A stretch of 64,000 bases of DNA, taken from the sequence record PP496444.1, one strand, 5' to 3'. The notes below the pieces were generated by a model. It was not told where the DNA came from, ran no database searches, and saw only the letters and a program-made list of their open reading frames with translations. The translations under genes were made by a program, and so were the position numbers. Positions 10,193-18,888 of the stretch are shown here, in pieces (within the stretch, counting starts at the first letter, position 1; each line of letters opens with the position of its first letter).

Positions 10193-10351
10193 ATGGGTAT
10201 CACTACCATTCTCCTGATCGTGTTGGTTGTACTGCTCATCGGCGGCTTGCCCTTGTTTCCCTACTCCGCAGGTTGGGGTTACGGTCCATCTGGGCTGCTC
10301 ACGGTGATCGTCGTTATCCTGCTGGTCCTCGTCTTGACCGGACGACTGTGA
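10193..10351 (+). CDS. DUF3309-family small membrane protein (52 aa, below ORF-track cutoff)
   Basis: My translation: MGITTILLIVLVVLLIGGLPLFPYSAGWGYGPSGLLTVIVVILLVLVLTGRL; GAGG SD; signature IGGLP..P.S.GWGYGPSG. Confidence 0.85.
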   Translation: MGITTILLIVLVVLLIGGLPLFPYSAGWGYGPSGLLTVIVVILLVLVLTGRL

Positions 10352-10356
10352 CAACC

Positions 10357-10389
10357 GCCCGCTCTGGCAACCGCTGGGGCGGGCTTTTT
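10357..10389 (+). terminator. Rho-independent terminator ending head operon
   Basis: GC stem gcccgctc/ggggcgggc followed by TTTTT. Confidence 0.75.
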
Positions 10390-10427
10390 CGTTTCCGCCA
10401 ACGGGAAACAGGCCTAATTAAAAATAG

Positions 10428-10457
10428 TTGCACGGGCTGTTTTGGGTGTGCTATAAT
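10428..10457 (+). promoter_or_regulatory. sigma70-type promoter (TTGCAC-18-TATAAT, extended -10)
   Basis: ttgcac 10428-33, tgtgc-tataat 10447-57; near-identical to the promoter at 48163. Confidence 0.75.
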
Positions 10458-10510
10458 AGCACCATGGCACTATTCAAGCGCCGCCCACTGTCCCAATGAG
10501 GAAAGCAACC

Positions 10511-12619
10511 ATGGCCAGACCAACCATCGCCGCAATCAAATCCAAGATCGCTGACAAGAAAGCCAAGCAGGTTGTAGCTGCCCCGGCTCGCTTGACGTTG
10601 GCCGCTGTCAACGCGGAGATCGAAAAACTCGGCGGTAAGGAAACTCTGGTCAAGGGCAAAGGCTACTTCTACTGGATAGGTGGCCGCGCCGACGCCGCGC
10701 CCCAAATCTGGACTTCCATTTACGTTGCTGCGCTGAACCAGATGACGCTGGCCCAGTGGTTGGAAGACTGGAAGCGCAATGACGACCAATACACCAAACC
10801 TACTCCCGACAAGGAAACCCGCAAAATGGCTATCACCCACGTTCAGACCCTCGCAGCTCCTGCCAAAAAGTCCACCCATGACTACGCCGAAGAGGGCAAA
10901 CTTATCTCGGCGGCGATGAAAAAGCTTGGCTACAAAATCAAAGCAGGCGACGTCGAGGAGTGGTTTGAAGGCACTGATGACGACAACGGCGACGCCATGA
11001 AGATGGATAATGCGGTCAAGAAATTCATGGGGGAAAAGACATTCGAGTATTACGACTCGGTAGCTCGTCTGCCTAATGCTTTGATGGCTAAGCTTGGACT
11101 GTACAAGGACGCAGCAGAGATTAAGAAGATGGGCGGCGGTATCAATCTGATGCAGAACTTTGACAAGCCAACCGCGAAAAAGAAGACCACTGCTACCACG
11201 GCAGCTCCTGCGCAGGAGACAGCATCCCCGGCTACCGACTTCGCCAAGTCGTTGAAGAAGGGTGTACGTGTACTGGTCAATCTCGGCAACACTAAGGAGC
11301 CGTCCTACTTCCTCGGCGCCATCACCAAGAACAACGCCAGCAAAGGTTCGGTCAACGTGTTGTTTGACGACGGCGACGTTGCAGAGGTTCGTGCGATCAA
11401 ATCCAAGGTCGGCATCGTGGGTATCGCCATCGACAAGGTACGCAAGTCGGAAGTGCCTGCTGACCAGATCAGCAAGTGGCTGGCCGGTGCAGCACCGGCG
11501 ACCAAGACCCCGGCCAAACCCAACGAGCTGAAAAAGGCACTGGACATTCTCGGCCCGGACAAGGGTTCCAAGCCCGCAGCGTTCAGTGTGGAAAATGCCA
11601 GTAAGGTAATCAGTTCCTCGAATGGATGGTTCGCACAAAAAGCAACCGGAAAGGTTAAAGCTAAGTTCATCAAGACGTACCCGAATGGCACGGCCACTGC
11701 TCTGGTGTTCCCGACCCATGTGACATTCGACTATCCGCAGGGAGAGTACGATCAGGTAACTGACGTGTCCCAGATTGCTCGCTGCATCAAGGACCTGGAT
11801 AAGGATATGGCGGCGCTAGCCAAAGAGGCTAACTCAGCGGGTCAGGACACCGAAGTACAAGATATGTACGGTCAGCTGGTGGACAAAATGACGGCTATCT
11901 TGAAAGCCAAGAAGAAGTACAGCCCGGCACTCGACAAGGCCATTGATGCCTACGCCAAGCTGCCCAAGTCAACCAGCAAAGCCGAGAAGATCAAGTCTCT
12001 GCAAGCAGCTATCGGACTCGCTGACTCTCAGTTGGGTGTGTCCAAGGTGTTCAGTCCCGCAGAAGCCCGGAAGGTAATTGGTGCTATCCCCGGCTGGAAG
12101 GCATCTAACGTGAAGAACAAAGCGTCGGCCACGTTCACCAAAGATTACCCGAACGGCGTCACGGCTACGGCTTACGTCTTCCCGCAATACGTATCGTTTG
12201 AATACCCACAAGGTGAGAACGATCACATCAGCGACTTGTCCAAGATCCCAGCTTACATCAAGCAGATCGACGAGGATCAAGCAGTAACACCCGACCAAGG
12301 TAAAGCACTGGATGCTCTTGCCAAAGCGTTGAAGGGCTGGCCGAACAAGGTAATCCAACGGGATGCTGACGAAGACAATTTCCTGCTGCGCGGGTTTGAA
12401 GATGATGATCTTCCGGCTGATGTGGAGCCAACTGCTGACGCCATCGAAGCGCATGCAATCTCGATCTTCAAGAAGATGAAAAGCGTTGACAACTTCAAGA
12501 AGAGCAAGATGTACCACGGCGACAATACGTACTCCTTCTCGGCAGCGGGCACTGTGGGTTACGTGTACTTCGATGAAGATGGCGTCGGCATGGTCCGTGC
12601 AACCCCGTTCCAAGAGTAA
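10511..12619 (+). CDS. Large probable early protein, Lys/Ala-rich, with Tudor-like module and duplicated YPNG/YPQG domain
   Basis: About 702 aa from ATG 10511 after leader motif with GAGG; internal repeats at 11582 and 12050. Confidence 0.75.
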   Translation: MARPTIAAIKSKIADKKAKQVVAAPARLTLAAVNAEIEKLGGKETLVKGKGYFYWIGGRADAAPQIWTSIYVAALNQMTLAQWLEDWKRNDDQYTKPTPDKETRKMAITHVQTLAAPAKKSTHDYAEEGKLISAAMKKLGYKIKAGDVEEWFEGTDDDNGDAMKMDNAVKKFMGEKTFEYYDSVARLPNALMAKLGLYKDAAEIKKMGGGINLMQNFDKPTAKKKTTATTAAPAQETASPATDFAKSLKKGVRVLVNLGNTKEPSYFLGAITKNNASKGSVNVLFDDGDVAEVRAIKSKVGIVGIAIDKVRKSEVPADQISKWLAGAAPATKTPAKPNELKKALDILGPDKGSKPAAFSVENASKVISSSNGWFAQKATGKVKAKFIKTYPNGTATALVFPTHVTFDYPQGEYDQVTDVSQIARCIKDLDKDMAALAKEANSAGQDTEVQDMYGQLVDKMTAILKAKKKYSPALDKAIDAYAKLPKSTSKAEKIKSLQAAIGLADSQLGVSKVFSPAEARKVIGAIPGWKASNVKNKASATFTKDYPNGVTATAYVFPQYVSFEYPQGENDHISDLSKIPAYIKQIDEDQAVTPDQGKALDALAKALKGWPNKVIQRDADEDNFLLRGFEDDDLPADVEPTADAIEAHAISIFKKMKSVDNFKKSKMYHGDNTYSFSAAGTVGYVYFDEDGVGMVRATPFQE

Positions 12620-12678
12620 GCGGTAAATGAGCAATAGCTAAGACACGTGTCCTGCTCCGGTAAGCGTGTCCTAGATTT

Positions 12679-12715
12679 AGCCCGCACTTTCCTCCCCGAT
12701 TGTGCGGGCTTTTTT
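12679..12715 (+). terminator. Rho-independent terminator
   Basis: agcccgcac/gtgcgggct stem followed by TTTTT. Confidence 0.8.
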
Positions 12716-12741
12716 CTCTGCAAAATATATTTGAAAATAAA

Positions 12742-12771
12742 TTGTACACAATGCTGCCCATGTGCTATACT
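12742..12771 (+). promoter_or_regulatory. sigma70-type promoter (TTGTAC-18-TATACT) with AT-rich UP element
   Basis: aaaatatatttgaaaataaa upstream; tgtgc-tatact extended -10. Confidence 0.7.
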
Positions 12772-12842
12772 GGAATCACGGGGGCGTGATACCCCACCAA
12801 TACCGGCCCGAACGGCCACCACTGTCCCGAGAGGAATGTACC

Positions 12843-13337
12843 ATGCCAGCGATGAAGCTGAAGACCACCCCAAGCGAACGCGATATCCAGATTGCAGTCA
12901 GCCAACTGGAAAATTTGAAGACAGTAGCAGACGGTGATATGGATTCGGTATACCGCGATGATCTGCAGTCGTGGTTGGCTGACTGGTATCCAGACTTTTC
13001 GTGGAACCCCAACCAGTCAAGCGTTCAGATTCAAGCGATGGTTGACCTTCCAGAGTTTGCGGAAGTCGAGTCCAAGATAAATGCTCGCTTCAACGTTGAC
13101 TTCTACAAGGAGTTGGCTGACGGTGTAGCAGACGCCTGTGACTACCCACTGGTTCGCAACACGCTGAACGAGATGGGAAGAGACTCAATCCGTAACGCTT
13201 CAAAACGCGGCATGCAGTTTCACGTATTCGTTGACGGCATCTGGCAAACAAGCTGGAACAGCTACGAGGTGGCCAAGTCGATCGAAGCCAAAGAGAAGAA
13301 CGCCGCGACTTATAACTCCCAGTTCGAGACCGTTTGA
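12843..13337 (+). CDS. Hypothetical protein (probably early)
   Basis: ATG 12843 after cactgtcccgagagg leader; in frame with ORF 12762. Confidence 0.7.
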   Translation: MPAMKLKTTPSERDIQIAVSQLENLKTVADGDMDSVYRDDLQSWLADWYPDFSWNPNQSSVQIQAMVDLPEFAEVESKINARFNVDFYKELADGVADACDYPLVRNTLNEMGRDSIRNASKRGMQFHVFVDGIWQTSWNSYEVAKSIEAKEKNAATYNSQFETV

Positions 13338-13365
13338 TCAACCCTATCCCAAAGAGGAATGCACC

Positions 13366-13839
13366 ATGACTTTCAAGTACACTCCAGACTTCGACGTTGC
13401 CAGCCGCACTTATCGTATCCAGTCTGACTTCGACAACAAGGTGTTGACGTTCATTGAAACGCTGTGGGGTCTTCCGGGCGCCGGTGGTACGCCGATCATG
13501 GAACGTGCCATCCAGATGTCCCTGCGCAAGACCAGCACTCACGAAGTTCGCGTTACCAACTACTTCCAAGACTGCAAAGTGCTACTGAAGACAGTCGTGT
13601 CCGTCCGCACTTTCGCGGAGACAGACAGCCCGAGCGCCATCACTAACCACGTTCTGGTAGGCGGCTTTGAGCCAAGCATATCGTGGGGCTCAGACACCAT
13701 GTCGATCTTCAACTCGATCATCATGGAAGCCAACAAGTGGATGAGAGTTGCCGCTGAGCTGGGCGCAGATCAAGCCCACCGGTTGAACGATGTCGAGATG
13801 GACATGCAGGACAGACTGAACAAAGCTGCTGGGCTCTGA
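13366..13839 (+). CDS. Hypothetical protein (probably early)
   Basis: ATG 13366 after ccctatcccaaagagg leader. Confidence 0.7.
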   Translation: MTFKYTPDFDVASRTYRIQSDFDNKVLTFIETLWGLPGAGGTPIMERAIQMSLRKTSTHEVRVTNYFQDCKVLLKTVVSVRTFAETDSPSAITNHVLVGGFEPSISWGSDTMSIFNSIIMEANKWMRVAAELGADQAHRLNDVEMDMQDRLNKAAGL

Positions 13840-13898
13840 TCCACAACCGGGACCGCAAGGTCCCACTCCAACCCAATACCCCTAAGAGGAACGCAACA

Positions 13899-14387
13899 AT
13901 GAACAAGAATACTTTCGCAACCGGCTCCCTGATCCTTCTCGTCACTGGTTTCCTGCTGGCAGGTGTCGCAACCCAAGCAAGCGCCGCAGTGATCGCCCCG
14001 CCGGTCCTCCAGACGAATGGCAATGGTCCGGCACCATCCGCCAACTTCGCCCGCAACGAAGAGATGTTCTGCAAGAAGCTGGGCCGCGTGTCGTTCACTG
14101 CCGCACAGATGCGTGAAGCTGACGCTACACAGGAAGAGACCACGGCGGCGGTAAGCATGCTTACCGCCACGCTGCGTCCAGACACTCGGGAGATGATGAT
14201 GTACTCCGTTGTCAACGCGGTGTACGAAGATGCTGCAAAGCTCACGCCGGAAGAGATATCGTTGAATTTGTTCTCTAATTGTATGGGACGCGTTGATCCC
14301 GCAACTACGTACACCCAGAACGGACGCCCACCGGTACAGCAAGCACCGACCAAGGTTTCCTCCACGCCCGTACCCATCACCCATTAA
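13899..14387 (+). CDS. Hypothetical exported protein
   Basis: Signal-peptide-like N-terminus (..LLVTGFLLAGVATQASA); GAGG SD. Confidence 0.7.
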   Translation: MNKNTFATGSLILLVTGFLLAGVATQASAAVIAPPVLQTNGNGPAPSANFARNEEMFCKKLGRVSFTAAQMREADATQEETTAAVSMLTATLRPDTREMMMYSVVNAVYEDAAKLTPEEISLNLFSNCMGRVDPATTYTQNGRPPVQQAPTKVSSTPVPITH

Positions 14388-14416
14388 CACACGCTGACCG
14401 CGTAAGGTAGACTACC

Positions 14417-14725
14417 GTGAAAGACAAAATCGCCCTCGTACTTTTTGCCGTGTATCTGATGTTCGTGCCAATCGCACAGGCCGCAGACACCAACGTCATC
14501 GGTACTGAATACGAAACGTGGGAGAAAGGTGTTGCCGCTTGCCTTCGCACTCAGGTGGTGGGCGGGTACGGATGCGACGGCGGCAATGGCGTCAAGCTGT
14601 TCTCGCAGTACGTGCAAGCGATTTTGGAGAGTAACGGGCGGGAAGCCTACAAGAGTCGAGTAGTCGCGCTGGACTACAGAGGTGATGGCGCGATTATCAT
14701 CCACTACGTGTTCACTGGCAAGTAA
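14417..14725 (+). CDS. Hypothetical exported protein
   Basis: GTG start; signal peptide KIALVLFAVYLMFVPIAQA. Confidence 0.65.
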   Translation: MKDKIALVLFAVYLMFVPIAQAADTNVIGTEYETWEKGVAACLRTQVVGGYGCDGGNGVKLFSQYVQAILESNGREAYKSRVVALDYRGDGAIIIHYVFTGK

Positions 14726-14729
14726 CGTC

Positions 14730-14763
14730 AAGCCCGCCCGGATAGCCCCGAGGCGGGCTTTTT
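14730..14763 (+). terminator. Rho-independent terminator
   Basis: aagcccgcc/ggcgggctt stem plus T-tract; near-duplicate at 29960. Confidence 0.8.
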
Positions 14764-15001
14764 CGTTTCCGGCGCACCATCGATGCCGATATCCCGGCAT
14801 CGCACCGCCTGCGTGATCCTACGCGGTCCGGTACAGCGCCAGCCGGGCGCGGATCAACGTGGCTAAGGGCTAATTTAAACGGTAAATGATTCACAGTCCC
14901 ACCCTAGATAAAGAACCATCCCTACCTAAATGCATCTCGCAGGTAAGCACCGCCATTAATTTCAAGGGGTCTGCGGCCCCACCGTTTCGGAGCAAAACAG
15001 A

Positions 15002-16198
15002 ATGACGAAGAAGATTGGTAATGCACTGGCCTTACTGGTGTGCATGTTGACACTACAAGGTCAGGCACACGCCGACTACGACACCAAGGCTTGCAACGTG
15101 TCGTTCACGGAAGAGCAGGAACGAATACTGGGGAGTGCCCATCAGGTGGGTTCCCCGGTCAACTTCGGAGTGACTCTCCAAGCCATCGCGTGGAAAGAGT
15201 CCTTCGTAGGTGACAAGGTAGTTCGTGCCAACCCAACCGACGGGCGTTACGGTTCTTACGGCATCACCCACGTGCAGCTCTCGACGGGCGCATGGATGCT
15301 GGACCAGAAGCCCACCAAACCATTCCGAACAGGTCTTCGTAACGATCTAGTCACCGACGACAGCTATGCGCTCCAGTTCGCTGCTGCCTATCTGGTGCAC
15401 ACGGAAACCATCGCCAAGAAGATCACCCGTGACGGTAACCGCCAATGGCGAGCCACGGTGGCGTCTTACAACGGATCAGGTGCCCAAGCGCGCCGCTACG
15501 TGGAAGACGTTGCCGACAAAGTATCCTACCTTAAATCATGTGGGTTGACCAAGACCATGAAACGAATCAGTACGCCGCTGGTTGCTGCAGACAGCACCGC
15601 CAAGAAGTCCGCCAAGGAAAAGCTGCGTGATCGACTTGCCGAGAAGCGTAGCATCACGAAGGAAGCCAAGGCTCTGGTCACCGAGCAGAAGGCCAGCAAG
15701 CGAGCTAACACCAAGTCTCGCAAAGTGGCGGATGAGCCGGTCAAGACGAAGCGTGCACGTGACGTACTGGCCGACGCCGGGGCACTGCCGCGCAAGGCAC
15801 CCAAGTCCGTCCTGCGCAATGCGGACCCGTTGACCAAAGAGTACATCCAGAAGAAGACGATGGACATCTACGAGCGTGCGCTCAAGCGAGCCAAAGGTGA
15901 TCCTACCATAATCGCATGGGCCAAAGGTCTGGCGGTCAAGCACGTCAAAGATCCACTGGATCAACAGTTCATGTTCTCGGTGCACACACTGACGGCATGT
16001 TGCGTAGCGTCCGGCCAGACGAAGTTCCAAACCGATCTGGACTTCCTCAACTTGATGCTGGCCACCTACATGAACCCAAGCGTTGCGCTGGTGTTCAAGA
16101 ACGGCAAGTTCGATTCCGCGCTGGTCAGCAAGCAAGATGCTGCGGCCCGTATGGAAAGCGAAGACGGCATCAGCGTCATCTACAGCGTCGTCGTATAA
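15002..16198 (+). CDS. Lytic transglycosylase (SLT/GH23-like) with signal peptide and Lys-rich C-terminal extension
   Basis: AIAWKES (catalytic Glu), SYGITHV (motif II), ASYNG (motif III). Confidence 0.75.
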   Translation: MTKKIGNALALLVCMLTLQGQAHADYDTKACNVSFTEEQERILGSAHQVGSPVNFGVTLQAIAWKESFVGDKVVRANPTDGRYGSYGITHVQLSTGAWMLDQKPTKPFRTGLRNDLVTDDSYALQFAAAYLVHTETIAKKITRDGNRQWRATVASYNGSGAQARRYVEDVADKVSYLKSCGLTKTMKRISTPLVAADSTAKKSAKEKLRDRLAEKRSITKEAKALVTEQKASKRANTKSRKVADEPVKTKRARDVLADAGALPRKAPKSVLRNADPLTKEYIQKKTMDIYERALKRAKGDPTIIAWAKGLAVKHVKDPLDQQFMFSVHTLTACCVASGQTKFQTDLDFLNLMLATYMNPSVALVFKNGKFDSALVSKQDAAARMESEDGISVIYSVVV

Positions 16199-16208
16199 GG
16201 AGAGCAGC

Positions 16209-16379
16209 ATGGCAAGTTCCAAGAAGAAAGACAAGTACCAAGACATCGATGTGGAACTTGCCATTCTAACCACGGTCAAGACCGTAAAGACTGGGAAGCA
16301 ACTGACGGATAAGGTCCGGGAAGCATTCCCCGGACTCCCGGACGATCAACTCAAACGTTGCCTAGACAGACTGTGCTGA
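16209..16379 (+). CDS. Small hypothetical protein (56 aa)
   Basis: GGAG SD then ATG 16209 (MASSKKKDKYQDIDVELAIL...). Confidence 0.6.
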   Translation: MASSKKKDKYQDIDVELAILTTVKTVKTGKQLTDKVREAFPGLPDDQLKRCLDRLC

Positions 16380-16406
16380 GCCTACCCTAATCCGAGATAC
16401 CCTACC

Positions 16407-17387
16407 ATGAAATACATCATCTTCGACGTGACGGTGAGCAAAGGGGTAAAGAAGAAGGTTCCCGTGATCTTCGATGAATTCCTTGTGCATGCGGATGTCG
16501 CCCGTAAGCTTCAAGACGTATCCAAGCCGCTGAAGATGCGCCCGGCCACGGCTGGCTTTATCGACTTCGATGTCAAGCAGACGTACGGTAAGTCTAGCTC
16601 GCTGGGTATCGGTATCGGCATTGATGATTGCGAGATCATCGAGCGGATGTATCTCACCAAGGGGTATCAAAGCCCGGAAATGGACGAGCTGATTAACGAT
16701 CTGGTCAGCAAAGCGGAAGCTGTCGCCAGCAAGATGGTGGGTAAGGTAGCCAACGATGGTGGCCCATTGATCTGCCCCGTGTGCACTCGCCCGGACAACC
16801 GCCCGCATGAAGGCTGGCATGCTATCTACAACTGCCACTACGACTGCATCAAGGGTTTTGAAGCGATAGCGGAAGATCCTATGCTCGCACCGCCTGCCAG
16901 CGTACCCAATCTCATGGTGTCGGCACGGCAAGCTCTGGACCAGTCCCGTGCAGCCAAGCAAGAACCAACACTGGCCCATGCGTTCACTCACACCTGCCAG
17001 CTGCCCAACGTGGTGCCGAACATCCAGATGGACAAGCGCACCGCCAAGCCGCTGCTATTCACGTGCCAGCGAGCCGTCCAGGCGCTCATTGCAGCGCGTC
17101 CGGCCAGTCCCCTATTCAAACGGGCGCACTGGCACAGCAAACAAGCCCTGATGGCGTCACAGCGCTTCACACAAGCATACCTGTTCCATGCGTACCAGCT
17201 CGCGGCAATGTCGGAGTGGGACGAACACGCCGAGAAGATTGAGTGCATGACCTTGATCAACTTGGTACAGACTATGGACCCGCACAACGAACTCCGTGAC
17301 AAGGTTTTCACGGTAAATACTCAACATGGAACAGTGACTACTCACTCTCTATCCCAAGCCAAATCCTTTGCTAGCAGGCAGGTTTAA
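16407..17387 (+). CDS. Hypothetical multidomain protein
   Basis: 326 aa; N-terminal MKYI..PVIF..H..A..AGF..G.S.SL pattern seen in phage proteins; central CPVC..HYDC. Confidence 0.65.
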   Translation: MKYIIFDVTVSKGVKKKVPVIFDEFLVHADVARKLQDVSKPLKMRPATAGFIDFDVKQTYGKSSSLGIGIGIDDCEIIERMYLTKGYQSPEMDELINDLVSKAEAVASKMVGKVANDGGPLICPVCTRPDNRPHEGWHAIYNCHYDCIKGFEAIAEDPMLAPPASVPNLMVSARQALDQSRAAKQEPTLAHAFTHTCQLPNVVPNIQMDKRTAKPLLFTCQRAVQALIAARPASPLFKRAHWHSKQALMASQRFTQAYLFHAYQLAAMSEWDEHAEKIECMTLINLVQTMDPHNELRDKVFTVNTQHGTVTTHSLSQAKSFASRQV

Positions 17388-17388
17388 A

Positions 17389-18498
17389 ATGAGCACTAAG
17401 ACAATGCTGTTGAACAACGTCACCGCCATCGACGTAGGCTTCCTGACCGACCGAGGTGTGTTCGGTGCCAGCGTACGCCCTTCGTTCCTGATCACCGGCG
17501 AGATGTCCGAGGACGAACAGGTGGTCGTGGATTTCTCCACGATCAAGAAGTCCATCAAGGATCTGATCGACCACAAAGAGCTGGGCATCGATCACAAGAC
17601 CATCGTCATCGGTAATTGCCGTAAAGAGTTGTCAGCAGAGGAAGGTGATAACACCATCCGCGTTGTGATGGATGGCCCGGAAGGTGGCGCTGTTTGCATG
17701 GATGCACCTGTTGACGCCTTCGTGTTCTTGGAAGACCGCTGCCCCGGTATCCTCAGCACAGACTGGAACACCAAAGGTAAGCCGCTGGTAGACACGCTGA
17801 CCGTAGGCCGTTATGGTACGCTGGTAGCCGCCGAGCGTTTCGTCATTCCGTTGGTGCAAGAGCTCCTGAGCCGTGAACTGCCCAAGCACTTCTTAGGGCT
17901 GACCGACATCAAGGTGTTCTACAACATGGACGTAACAACGCCCGTGCAACCTAGTCATGTCCGCGCGAACGCCACGTTCAAAGACGCTGACCACAACCCG
18001 CTGTCGGACATGCAAGTAGAAGACAGCATCCGTATCACCTACTCGCACGGCCTGCCGCGCTCCACCAGCTGGGGTTGCCAGAACATCGTGCACGGGCATG
18101 TCAGCGTTGTGACACTTGCTCTTCCCCATGCCCGCGTTGAACGAGCGTCCAAGATCTTGCAGGACATTCGCCATGATCTGGCGGGCAAGTATCTGGTGGC
18201 CGAGCGTGACGTACTCCCGGCAGTAGTTGAACCCGCCGAAGAAGGTGAGGAACAAGCCCAGCCACAAGGTACGTGGGTCGGTTTCGAGTCCATGTCTCGC
18301 GGTCCGTTCAGCCTCTTCCTGCCGTACGGCGACACCCAGATCAAAGTGATGCCCACCGACACCACCGTCGAGAACATCGCCCAGTACATCTGGGACACTC
18401 ACGTCCAACCAGCCATTGAAGCCTACGAACTGACCGACGTATCCATGTACGTCTCGGAAGGCTTGGACAAAGGCGCATTCATCCGACAGCAGGCATGA
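17389..18498 (+). CDS. Two-domain 6-pyruvoyl-tetrahydropterin synthase / QueD-like protein
   Basis: T-fold motifs VVDFSTIKKSIK..IDH, SHGL...GCQNIVHGH and TDTTVENIAQYI, as in the duplicated-PTPS family of Gammaproteobacteria. Confidence 0.75.
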   Translation: MSTKTMLLNNVTAIDVGFLTDRGVFGASVRPSFLITGEMSEDEQVVVDFSTIKKSIKDLIDHKELGIDHKTIVIGNCRKELSAEEGDNTIRVVMDGPEGGAVCMDAPVDAFVFLEDRCPGILSTDWNTKGKPLVDTLTVGRYGTLVAAERFVIPLVQELLSRELPKHFLGLTDIKVFYNMDVTTPVQPSHVRANATFKDADHNPLSDMQVEDSIRITYSHGLPRSTSWGCQNIVHGHVSVVTLALPHARVERASKILQDIRHDLAGKYLVAERDVLPAVVEPAEEGEEQAQPQGTWVGFESMSRGPFSLFLPYGDTQIKVMPTDTTVENIAQYIWDTHVQPAIEAYELTDVSMYVSEGLDKGAFIRQQA

Positions 18499-18527
18499 AC
18501 ATGCTCGCACAACTTCGAGGCAACACC

Positions 18528-18884
18528 ATGATGAAGCTCGCACTGGCAGCTCTGATGACGGCATGGGCGCTGTACGGCCTGCCTATGGCCCAAGCGGCAG
18601 CACCGCTGGAAGGTAAGTACGAGGGTTACGAGTTCGGCGTGACCCGCTGTGACGCAGACAACATGTCGGAAATGGGCCAAGGTTGTATCGTCCGGCAGTC
18701 CATGTTCGAGGTGAAAGCCCTGAACTGGTCTGACTGGATCGTCGAGCTGACCCAGAACCCATCGGCCATCGTCACCGACATTCGCTATCAAGATGTCAAG
18801 TCCGGTTCCAAGCCTTTCATCAGCGTGTACTACATCTACAACCCCAAAGTCCGGTACGACGCGATAGTACCCAAGAAGGAGTAG
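18528..18884 (+). CDS. Hypothetical exported protein
   Basis: GAGG SD; signal peptide MMKLALAALMTAWALYGLPMAQA. Confidence 0.65.
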   Translation: MMKLALAALMTAWALYGLPMAQAAAPLEGKYEGYEFGVTRCDADNMSEMGQGCIVRQSMFEVKALNWSDWIVELTQNPSAIVTDIRYQDVKSGSKPFISVYYIYNPKVRYDAIVPKKE

Positions 18885-18888
18885 TACC

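Noticed and set aside
14712-14894. 60-aa minus-strand ORF across the structured intergenic region
   Set aside because: No RBS, runs through a terminator, and has R/P/G-rich composition typical of spurious GC-rich frames.
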